64,000 bases of DNA from Macrostomum hystrix (Eukaryota; Animalia; Platyhelminthes). The position numbers and the translations under genes are program-made. Below the pieces are notes generated by a model, which was given only the letters and a program-made list of their open reading frames with translations, ran no database searches and had not been told where the DNA came from. Below are positions 1 to 10,697 of the stretch, piece after piece (positions within the stretch are counted from its first letter, which is position 1; each line of letters begins with the position of its first letter). The stretch spans positions 1,736,001-1,800,000 of the forward strand of contig CATNEN010000041.1 of the NCBI GenBank assembly GCA_950097015.1, written 5' to 3'.

Positions 1-800
1 GTTTATCCACACTCACATTCACAAATTTGTCTCTGAGAAAATTGCCAAACAGCCTAACGCTAAAACCGATCTCATTGATCTCAACGAACCAATTCTCGTC
101 CTCCCTTTCTTTGGCTATCCTTCTCAATTATTCAAAAATCGAATCTGCTAATTATTTCGCAACTTCCTTAATTGCAACATCCGCATCATCTTTCGTTCTG
201 CTAAAGTTGGCAACTTTGTCGGTCGGTTGAAGTCACGTGTTCCCTGTGCTCTTCGTGCTGGTGTAGTTTACCAATTCAACTGCTCTGATGACCAGAGCGT
301 CTCCTACGTGGGGAAGACTAAAAGGCACCTGCACACTAGAATCAGGGAGCACTGGCTGAAACCGTCGGCTATTCAAAACCATCTCTTAGAATGTAATAGC
401 TGCTCCAGCCGCAAACCCGAAGAGCGCTTCAAAGTCATTGACCAATGCTCATTTGACTCCAAACTGCAGATACTTGAAGCGTTGTACATTAAAGCTCATT
501 CACCCAACCTCAACACTCAACTCCAACACAGTGGCGCGGGCCATGTTCTCCGTGTGTTCTGAGGGAGGGGGCACTGGCTGTACTTTCTACACTGCTGGCT
601 GTAATGCTAACAATCCGCCCCTGGACTTGCCTCTTGACTTACGGAATATCAAATATGTACTCGGAAAATTTTAAATTATTGGTTAAAAAATATTGAATAA
701 AGTTCACCCAACAATCTCATATTTATTCGCTGTTCTATTTGCTATATTCGTTTTAATAAACCTGAAGATGCACGAAACGTGCGAAACGCGTCGTTAAACG
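1..800 (+). mobile_element. 3' end of a Penelope-like retroelement (RT linker + GIY-YIG endonuclease + 3' region), probably inactive
   Basis: ORF 227-562 carries VVYQFNC...YVGKTKRHLHTRIREH, the PLE-type GIY-YIG motif. The same frame continues upstream to base 2 (PILVLPFFGYPSQLFKNRIC*LFRNFLNCNIRIIFRS) with one in-frame TAA at 149-151. A hammerhead motif follows at 749-800. Confidence 0.9.
749..800 (+). ncRNA. Minimal type I hammerhead ribozyme
   Basis: CTGAAGA (762-768); stem II GCACG-aaa-CGTGC (770-782); GAAA (783-786); short stem III C-GCG-TC with GUC cleavage triplet ending at 792. Stem I pairs AAC/GTT plus CGTTT/AAACG, with a bulge overlapping AATAAA. Confidence 0.85.
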
Positions 801-1241
801 TTAAATGTTGATTCTCGCCTTTTTAATTAACTGTTTGCCGCGATTGAGGAGCTTTGACTGCAGCGAAACGAAAAAATACGCTTCCTTTTTCATTAAAAGA
901 TTACCTACACATTTCATAATTAACAAAAAAATTAATTTTTGAGTTACATGTTACTTTTATTATTAAGATTAGCACCAATTCCTTAAAAAAAGTAATGATT
1001 GTTGTTATAAACGACAGCTGGCAAGTTCAATGTGGACTTCTTCCAAGAAAGAAAAAACATTGTTCAAGGTTCCATACTATTCAAACTTTACTATCAGGCA
1101 AGACCTTAGTTAATTTGCTTTAAATACCATCGCATCAAGTTACGTATTATTATCTTGTAATTACTACGTGTTGATGCATTTCGGTGAGAAATAATATACG
1201 CAATCTAATCACAGCAAGTCGTTGGTGCACACCGCAAGTTA

Positions 1242-4200
1242 ATGACAGAACATGATATGAAGCGTACAAAAAGGAATCAGCTATCGGTAAAAATAACAAC
1301 TTATGATGCTGATGTAGAATTCGATGTAAAGGTAGGTCGTAAACAATTTTTATCACAATTACACGAACTCCAACCTTTCTTTTATTTTAGCTTATAGCTA
1401 CTTCTATTAGAAAATTTTTATCCTGTATATAACAACGCCTATCTTCTGTAACATAAAAGGGCTGGCTATATGTTGCTAATCTTATGGCTGAGCTGATTTG
1501 TGTGAATTCATTCCTCTGTGTTTATTACATATGTTTGGCTTACTGTAAAATGAATTTGATATGTACTATGAAATTGTATTTCTTATAATAAAAGAAAGTT
1601 AGCTCCATTGTGGATACTAATTTTAATAATCCTACTTACTCCTACTAGCTAATGGTATATTAGTATGAAATTACAATTATTTCCAAAGAAATAATGCTAA
1701 TTAAATGCATTTGTATTATGTAATAGCTACCACTGCAGTAAGTAATAACTATTAATTGCTATTATATATCTTGGGTATGCCAAATGCTCATCAATATGGT
1801 ATAAAAAGCTATATTTGTAAGTTCAGTTGTACCAAGAGTAGCCTTTTAAGACCCATTAATAGTACCATCAGAGTATAAATGACTTCTTGTGTTTATATTC
1901 TGTTTAAGAGTTTTTAAATTCATAATATAATTTTATTCTTGTCTTTATTTAATAACAATGTGAACAAGACAATTGTGCAAGCAAGGACAGTAAACAGTAG
2001 TAACTAAACTTATTGGGATGTCAATGAAAAATCTCATGCAATTATTTATTGATGAACATGGTTAGTATACAACAGTTACATAATTAGGATTTTTCAGGAA
2101 GAAATAACTTTTGTTTTAATTTTGTTTTGGCCCTGCAATATGGGTTGGATGGGATTGAGATTTTCAGGATTGGTTGGGAATTAGGATTGGGATCTTCGGG
2201 ATTTATTTCTGGGTGGGATCAGGCAGGATTTGGGATAGGAGGAGCCTATGCCTAACCTAAGTGGAGAGTCGGAGTCAGAGACTGTCCTTTTTGTAACCTT
2301 AAGAAAAAATATCAATGTAGATTGATTACTTATAATTTTTTACATCAGTTAAAACCTTCGTTCTTCCTTGGTTCAGCCTGCATAAATTTTTCAAGCTTTT
2401 TCTTAATTTTTGCCAAGCTATTCATATATTATGTGCATGAGATGAGTCCATCCTAATTCCCAACTTTCTAAGAGTGGGGATTAGGATCCTGTCCAACCCC
2501 TACCCTGCACCCTACCCTGGCTTTCATGCTAGAGTTCATTCACTCAGGATATTTGGGATGGAATTGACAATGCCTACATGGGGTGTATCCACCCAACCCT
2601 TTTGTATATGCCACTGGTATATAGCCCAAGGCAAAAGACTAGAGGCTTCTAGCTAAGTTAGAGATGTTTAAAAGAAATTAAGGCTATGTTCAAAAATTGA
2701 AACGAATTAAGTATGCACAAGGCCACAATCAAGTATCGAAGAATGCAGCAATAGTTAACTCAATAGCTGCACTATGTTAATTTCACCAGTCAGTTCCTGA
2801 CATGGCAGATACATCTGGATTGATTGATATGAATCATTAATATAATGTAAATCATTATTCTTATTAATATTTATTCAAATTGGCCAACATTTCAATTTTT
2901 CTAAGCCTATTTTTCTTCTTCTTTTGAATTTTTTGTGTTGTCATTCAAAATTTTAACCAGTATCATTGCTTTGTAACTCTACTTTAGTAGAACTGTTGGT
3001 TTAGTTTTAAAGTGCTTAAAATTTCTTTACTATAATTATACTTTAATTCATACTTGATCAAAATCCCGTCCAGCTAATTATTGCCATTTAATGTATTTGC
3101 AAGGCATGTCTATACTCATGGAAAGCCCCCATATATTAGAGTTATTATATGAAATGTCATGTAATTCTCCATACAGCCAAAGTGCTCTGGCCAGGATGTG
3201 TTCAACCTCGCCTGCGTGACATTTGGCATTCGCGAGACCTGGTACTTCGGCCTGCAGTTCAACGACACCTCGGCAACAGGCGACTCCAGCGGTGGAGTCG
3301 GCAACGGCGGTTCCTGGTGGCTGCGGCCGGATCGCCGCCTGTCAGAAGTTGTCCGCAGCCTCCCGGCCGGCAGTCCGCTGCACTTTCTCTTCCACGTGCG
3401 CTTCTGGGTGGAAGACGTTGGCGAGGATCTGCTTCTAGAGGCCACCGTCCACCTGTTCTACCTAGAGGTGAGTGCCACTGTTGCTCATTCTCCACCCTCA
3501 TCCCCTCAATAATAATAATAATTGATTACACCTGCCCCAATCGGGCCAGACATGCAGCCGACTGAACAGCCGGAGCTATTGTACGGCGCAGATGAAGGCT
3601 ACGTACGGCTGTTCAGTCCATGGACTGGGGGACGCCACACTCTATTACCCCATTTGACAGCTGGGTGAACTGACAAAGGACACAAGCCCCAAAAGTCAGG
3701 GAGGCAGTGTCAGATGGCGCGCTGCAGAGAGCATACCCCCCTCTCCCCACTGTCCCCGCCTCATTATCACATTATTCGTTCTCTAATAACCCTATCATTA
3801 ATCCCAATCCCATCATTCTCGCCTCACTCGTCCTCTCCTGTTTCCATTTTCCCGTCTTCCTCATTTTTCTTTCCCCATTCTCTTCTCTCCTTCAATTCTC
3901 CTCACTTCTTTCTGGCCCAAATTTTCCATCTCTCCACTCCTGTGATTCTCCCAGCCTCCCGGTCTCCTCTCTCAGTGCTCCCACATCCCCCGCCAGGTCA
4001 AGGACCTGGTGCTCACCAGGCAGCAGTGGGCCGCCTCGCCGGACCTCCTGCCGCTGCTGGCTGCCTACGCTGCTCAAGCCGAGCTCGGTGACCACGACCC
4101 GGCCGTTAGCTGCGAAAATCTTCTGGGCCGCCTGCTGCCAGGGCAGGCTCAGCAGCCGGAGGCTGCCGCCCAAGCCGAGAAGCTGCGCGACCACTACAAG

Positions 4201-6394
4201 GACCTCGCCGGACTGGGCCGCACCGAGGCCGAGCTGGAGATGCTGCGCCTAGCCCAGGACCTGGAGATGTTCGGCCTAGTGTACTTTCCCATCCACGCCA
4301 ATGTGAGTCTCTGCTCCGCCTTGTTCTCACTGCAATGCACTTGCAGCCTGGACTCTTGCACTTTTACTGTGCTCGGATTCCCCGCCGCCGCAGGGCCCGG
4401 CCTCGGAGCCCGCCAGCTGGCTTGGCATCTCCTGCTTCGGCGTCAGCTTCTTCGAGCAGGCCTCCCTGGTGAAGCCCAGCCGGCGCCTCGCCTGGTCCGA
4501 GATCCGCCGCATGTACTGCCGCGACCGCAAGTTCACCCTCATCGTCAACGACGCTCCGTCGGCTTCGTCGGCCGGGTCCTCAGACGAGCCGCCAACCTGC
4601 TTCGGCGTCGAGCACCGCGGCGGTCGCGCCGTCTCGTTCTGGACGAAAAGCTCGGCGGACAGCAAGCAGATCCTGCGGCTCTGCGTCGGCAACCACGAGC
4701 TGTACGCGGCCAGGCGGATGCCCGACACTATCGAGCGCCAGCAGATGCGCGCCACAGCCAGGGAGGAGCGGGCCCGCCGCCAGCAGGACAAGCAACGGCT
4801 GGCTCGCGAAGTTGAATGCCGGGCGGCCGCCGAGAGGCTGCGCGGCGCCGCAGAGGAGAAGGCCGGGCAGCTGGGCCAGCTGCTGGCCAAGTCCGAGGCC
4901 ATGCTGGGGCTGCTGAGCGAGCGGGCGCGCCTGGCGGAGGATGAAATGCGGCTGCTGAGCGAGCAGCGGGACCGGCAGCTGGCCCACATGCGGCACATTC
5001 ACGCTCAGGTCAGTGCCGCTTGGCCATTTCGAATTGCGACTTCTGGAGAAATCGTGAATTGCTACTATGCAGCACTGTACTAAGCTAAATCAGGGTCCTA
5101 AGCTACTAAGTTCGGTCCTAGCAAACGAATCAGTTCTTAGCAAACAAGTTAGTTTCTTAGCAACCAAGGGTCATAACAATGGAATTACTTAGCTCCAGAA
5201 TTTTTAACAGCCATGTTGATATTTGTCTTACTAAGAAAAATTTGCCCTAACAACAAAAAGCTGAAGCCAAAATCTCACTGCGCCCCCACCAGCTGCTATC
5301 AGAGAAGCAGAACCTAGCGGAGCGGGCCCGCCAGTTCGAGTCGCTGCTGCTAACGCTGTCGGAGGAGGCCAGCGTCAACGAGGCGGAGCGCGACTGCCTT
5401 AGGCAGCAGCTGGCCTACGCCAGGCAGGGCGAGAGGTCTCTGCTGGCCAAGCTGGAGGCCCTGCTCCGCTCCGTTGGCGTCTGGAGCTCCGCCGGCGGCA
5501 GCGACTCCAGCGCCGACCTGGCCGGGGCCCCGCCACCCGAGCCGGAGTCGGAGGAGACCTCCGGCCTGAGCACCGCGGAGCTGCTGGCCCGCCTGCAGGC
5601 CGAAAGGCAGCTGTTCGCCGACGGCAGCGCCGCGTTCGAGGCCGATCTGCGCCAGCTGCGAAGTCGCGTCCAGGCCACGCGCCTGGGGGGAGCGGCCACC
5701 GCCGCAGTCGTTGCCTCTGCTGGCGACCCTGGCCTGGTGACGCATTCGACTGCCGTGTCCTGCCCGGTAGGTTGTTGTTGGGGGGCTGATTGTTTAGTTT
5801 GTGGTGGCGGATTGTTTAGTTTGAGGTGGCGGATCGTTTAGTTTGTGGTGGCGGATTGTTTAGTTTGTGGTGGCGGATTGTTTAGTTTGTGGTGGCGGAT
5901 TGTTTAGTTTGTGGTGGCGGATTGTTTAGTTTGTGGTGGCGGATTGTTTAGTTTGTGGGGCGGATTGTTTAGTTTGTGGTGGCGGATTTTTCAGTTTGTG
6001 GTGGCGGATTGTTTAGTTTGTGGTGGCGGATTTTTCAGTTTGTGGTGGCGGATTGTTTAGTTTGTGGTGGCGGATTGTTTAGTTTGTGGTGGCGGATTGT
6101 TCAGTTTGTGGTGGCGGATTGTTTAGTTTGTGGTGGCGGATTGTTTAGTTTGTGGTGGCGGATTTTTCAGTTTGTGGTGGCGGATTGTTTAGTTTGTGGT
6201 GGCGGATTGGTGTAGTCACTGTAGACAAAAGAAAGATTCAAGTAAAGACATTCCGATGATGTTGCCATGCTGGTTATGTGTCAGTAGTGTTCAACCTGTT
6301 TTACCTGTAATTGCAGCACTCGTCGCCAGGCAACCGAGTCGGTCGCCTTAGCAACGGGTCCCGCGCGGCTGTGACCTATTTTGACGAGCTCTGA
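1242..6394 (+). CDS. NF2: Merlin/ERM-like FERM-domain protein, 6 exons, about 617 aa
   Basis: Exons 1242-1331, 3177-3467, 3997-4302, 4394-5008, 5293-5766, 6317-6394, all GT-AG and phase 0. Motifs: VKITTYDADVEF, FGIRETWYFGLQF, LAQDLEMFG, WLGIS, AWSEIRR, a coiled coil, and C-terminal RLSNGSRAAVTYFDEL* resembling merlin ...RVAFFEEL*. The symbol means NF2-like; orthology was not tested. Confidence 0.8.
3507..3680 (-). mobile_element. 5'-truncated SINE copy, same family as 15522-15816, with (ATT)n tail
   Basis: Shares attgattacacctgccccaat...gtacggctg..cagtccatg.actgggggacgccacac...ctgggtgaactga with 15522-15710. It lacks the tRNA head. Confidence 0.75.
5790..6208. repeat. 22-bp tandem repeat (tttgtggtggcggattgtttag) in FERM intron 5
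   Basis: Direct inspection; the 22-aa periodicity in ORF 5976-6215 equals 3x22 nt. Confidence 0.95.
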
Positions 6395-6415
6395 CAATGC
6401 GTGTGTTTTGTTGCG

Positions 6416-8960
6416 CTTGTTAGCCGGCTTCAGTTCGCTGCTCAATGTCCCCTGATTGGCTTTCCAGCTCACTTGGACAGACTCTGCTAGTCTTTGTTAG
6501 CCGGCTTCAGTTCGCTGCTCAATGTCCCCTGATTGGATTTCCAGCTCACTTGGACAGACTCTGCTAGTCTTTGTTAGCCGGCTTCAGTTCGCTGCTCAAT
6601 GTCCCCTGATTGGCTTTCCAGCTCACTTGGACAGACTCTGCTAGTCTTTGTTAGCCGGCTTCAGTTCGCTGCTCAATGTCCCCTGATTGGATTTCCAGCT
6701 CACTTGGACAGACTCTGCTAGTCTTTGTTAGCCGGCTTCAGTTCGCTGCTCAATGTCCCCTGATTGGCTTTCCAGCTCACTTGGACAGACTCTGCTAGTC
6801 TTTGTTAGCCGGCTTCAGTTCGCTGCTCAATGTCCCCCTGATTGGCTTTCCAGCTCACTTGGACAGACTCTGCTAGTCTTTGTTAGCCGGCTTCAGTTCG
6901 CTGCTCAATGTCCCCTGATTGGCTTTCCAGCTCACTTGGACAGACTCTGCTAGTCTTTGTTAGCCGGCTTCAGTTCGCTGCTCAATGTCCCCTGATTGGA
7001 TTTCCAGCTCACTTGGACAGACTCTGCTAGTCTTTGTTAGCCGGCTTCAGTTCGCTGCTCAATGTCCCCTGATTGGCTTTCCAGCTCACTTGGACAGACT
7101 CTGCTAGTCTTTGTTAGCCGGCTTCAGTTCGCTGCTCAATGTCCCCTGATTGGCTTTCCAGCTCACTTGGACAGACTCTGCTAGTCTTTGTTAGCCGGCT
7201 TCAGTTCGCTGCTCAATGTCCCCTGATTGGCTTTCCAGCTCACTTGGACAGACTCTGCTAGTCTTTGTTAGCCGGCTTCAGTTCGCTGCTCAATGTCCCC
7301 TGATTGGATTTCCAGCTCACTTGGACAGACTCTGCTAGTCTTTGTTAGCCGGCTTCAGTTCGCTGCTCAATGTCCCCTGATTGGCTTTCCAGCTCACTTG
7401 GACAGACTCTGCTAGTCTTTGTTAGCCGGCTTCAGTTCGCTGCTCAATGTCCCCTGATTGGCTTTCCAGCTCACTTGGACAGACTCTGCTAGTCTTTGTT
7501 AGCCGGCTTCAGTTCGCTGCTCAATGTCCCCTGATTGGCTTTCCAGCTCACTTGGACAGACTCTGCTAGTCTTTGTTAGCCGGCTTCAGTTCGCTGCTCA
7601 ATGTCCCCTGATTGGCTTTCCAGCTCACTTGGACAGACTCTGCTAGTCTTTGTTAGCCGGCTTCAGTTCGCTGCTCAATGTCCCCTTATTGGCTTTCCAG
7701 CTCACTTGGACAGACTCTGCTAGTCTTTGTTAGCCGGCTTCAGTTCGCTGCTCAATGTCCCCTGATTGGCTTTCCAGCTCACTTGGACAGACTCTGCTAG
7801 TCTTTGTTAGCCGGCTTCAGTTCGCTGCTCAATGTCCCCTGATTGGCTTTCCAGCTCACTTGGACAGACTCTGCTAGTCTTTGTTAGCCGGCTTCAGTTC
7901 GCTGCTCAATGTCCCCTGATTGGCTTTCCAGCTCACTTGGACAGACTCTGCTAGTCTTTGTTAGCCGGCTTCAGTTCGCTGCTCAATGTCCCCTGATTGG
8001 CTTTCCAGCTCACTTGGACAGACTCTGCTAGTCTTTGTTAGCCGGCTTCAGTTCGCTGCTCAATGTCCCCTTATTGGCTTTCCAGCTCACTTGGACAGAC
8101 TCTGCTAGTCTTTGTTAGCCGGCTTCAGTTCGCTGCTCAATGTCCCCTGATTGGCTTTCCAGCTCACTTGGACAGACTCTGCTAGTCTTTGTTAGCCGGC
8201 TTCAGTTCGCTGCTCAATGTCCCCTGATTGGCTTTCCAGCTCACTTGGACAGACTCTGCTAGTCTTTGTTAGCCGGCTTCAGTTCGCTGCTCAATGTCCC
8301 CTGATTGGCTTTCCAGCTCACTTGGACAGACTCTGCTAGTCTTTGTTAGCCGGCTTCAGTTCGCTGCTCAATGTCCCCTGATTGGCTTTCCAGCTCACTT
8401 GGACAGACTCTGCTAGTCTTTGTTAGCCGGCTTCAGTTCGCTGCTCAATGTCCCCTGATTGGCTTTCCAGCTCACTTGGACAGACTCTGCTAGTCTTTGT
8501 TAGCCGGCTTCAGTTCGCTGCTCAATGTCCCCTGATTGGCTTTCCAGCTCACTTGGACAGACTCTGCTAGTCTTTGTTAGCCGGCTTCAGTTCGCTGCTC
8601 AATGTCCCCTGATTGGCTTTCCAGCTCACTTGGACAGACTCTGCTAGTCTTTGTTAGCCGGCTTCAGTTCGCTGCTCAATGTCCCCTGATTGGCTTTCCA
8701 GCTCACTTGGACAGACTCTGCTAGTCTTTGTTAGCCGGCTTCAGTTCGCTGCTCAATGTCCCCTTATTGGCTTTCCAGCTCACTTGGACAGACTCTGCTA
8801 GTCTTTGTTAGCCGGCTTCAGTTCGCTGCTCAATGTCCCCTGATTGGCTTTCCAGCTCACTTGGACAGACTCTGCTAGTCTTTGTTAGCCGGCTTCAGTT
8901 CGCTGCTCAATGTCCCCTGATTGGCTTTCCAGCTCACTTGGACAGACTCTGCTAGTCTTT
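6416..8960. repeat. 77-bp tandem array, about 33 near-identical copies
   Basis: Unit ttgttagccggcttcagttcgctgctcaatgtcccctgattggctttccagctcacttggacagactctgctagtct; period 77. Confidence 0.97.
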
Positions 8961-9399
8961 CGCTTTCAGTCTTTGTAGATTTGAGATTTAAAATCTGGCG
9001 GATTTTAAAAGTGCATGCAGTCTAGATTTTTTGGATTGCATTTTGCCCACCCCCTCCAGTTAGGTCTGAGTCTCATTTCTGCTTTCAAATTCGATTTAAA
9101 GCTTGTTTTCAGTTGATGCATGCCGCAGTATTTAAGGTTTGCTGTTCTATCGACCCTCTTGTGTCTTCCGCATGCCGCCGGTTTTTTGCTAATTCTTAGA
9201 CTGTGCTTGCTTACTCGCTTTGTTTCATTGTGCGGTTTTCTATGCAGTATTTTATTCAACTACTCTGCAACTGAAACCTAACAAAAATATACTTTTTCGA
9301 CCAAAAGTTTTGCTTAGGAGACAAAAAATTTTACTTCACTTATTTAAACCTATTTAATTTGCCTTTTTCTTATGACGCGTTTGAAGATCTGCGCTGACT

Positions 9400-10480
9400 T
9401 TAGTTATGGATTTAGAATGGTTTAAATGGTTTAAAATAAGTTTAGTTATGGATTTAGAATGGTTTAAATGGTTTAAAATAAGTTTAGTTATGGATTTAGA
9501 ATGGTTTAAATGGTTTAAAACAAGTTTAGTTATGGGTTTAGAATGAGTTTAGTTATGGATTAAGAATGAGTTTAGTTATGGGTTTAGAATGAGTTTAGTT
9601 ATGGGTTTAGAATGAGTTTAGTTATGGGTTTAGAATGAGTTTAGTTATGGGTTTAGAATGAGTTTAGTTATAGGTTTAGAATGAGTTTAGTTATGGGTTT
9701 AGAATGAGTTTAGATGTGGGTTTATAATGAGTTTAGTTATGGGTTTAGAATGGTTTAGAATGAGTTTAGTTATAAGTTTAGAAAGAGTTTAGTTATGGGT
9801 TTAGAATGAGTTTAGTTATGGGTTTAGAATGAGTTTAGATGTGGGTTTATAATGAGTTTAGTTATGGGTTTAGAATGGTTTAAGAATGAGTTTAGTTATA
9901 AGTTTATAATGAGTTTAGTTATGGGTTTAGAATGGTTTAGAATGAGTTTAGTTATGGGTTTAGAATGGTTCATAATGAGTTTAGTTATGGGTTTAGAATG
10001 GTTTACATGGTTTCAAATAAGTTTAGTTATGGGTTTATAATAATGTTAGTTATGGGTTTAGAATGAGTTTAGATATAGGTTTAGAATGAGTTGAGTTATG
10101 GGTTTAGAATGAGTTTAGATGTGGGTTTATAATTAGTTTAGTTACGGGTTTAGAATGGTTTAGAATGAATTTAGTAAAGATTTTAGAATGAGTTTAGTTA
10201 TAGGTTTAGAATGAGTTTAGTTATAGGTTTAGAATGAGTTTAGTTATAGGTTTAGAATGAGTTTAGTTATAGGTTTAGAATGAGTTTAGTTATGGGTTTA
10301 GAATGAGTTTAGATGTGGGTTTATAATGAGTTTAGTTATGGGTTTAGAATGAGTTTAGTTATGGGTTTAGAATGGTTTAGAATGAGTTTAGGTGTGAATT
10401 TAGAATGAGTTTGTGTGAGTTTAGAATGAGTTTAGAATGTGTTTAGATGTGGGTTTAGAATGAGTTTTGGTGTGAGTTTA
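9400..10480. repeat. Degenerate ~23-bp tandem repeat (atgagtttagttatgggtttaga)
   Basis: Direct inspection. Confidence 0.9.
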
Positions 10481-10697
10481 GAAATGTGGGTTAAGTAAGA
10501 GTTAGATCAAGGTTCAAAAGTAGATTAGATCTATTTTCGAGGGAGATCCAATCTAGTGTCAGAAGGAGATTGGGTGTAAACAAAATGAATTTGTCTATGC
10601 CAATGATGGGTTAAGGATATGAGTCTAGCTCTTGGTCAAGACAGCCTTGCCTGCTTATGTAATGTCATTCGCACAAGCCCGCCAGTTGCAGCTGCGA

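Noticed and set aside
6416-8960. Long regular arrays (also 14409-15498, 20437-27020, 56060-56485) as CRISPR
   Set aside because: Units are head-to-tail with no unique spacers, there are no cas genes, and the context is eukaryotic.
9400-10480. Interstitial telomeric repeat
   Set aside because: The gggtttag motif is part of a 23-bp unit, not (TTAGGG)n.
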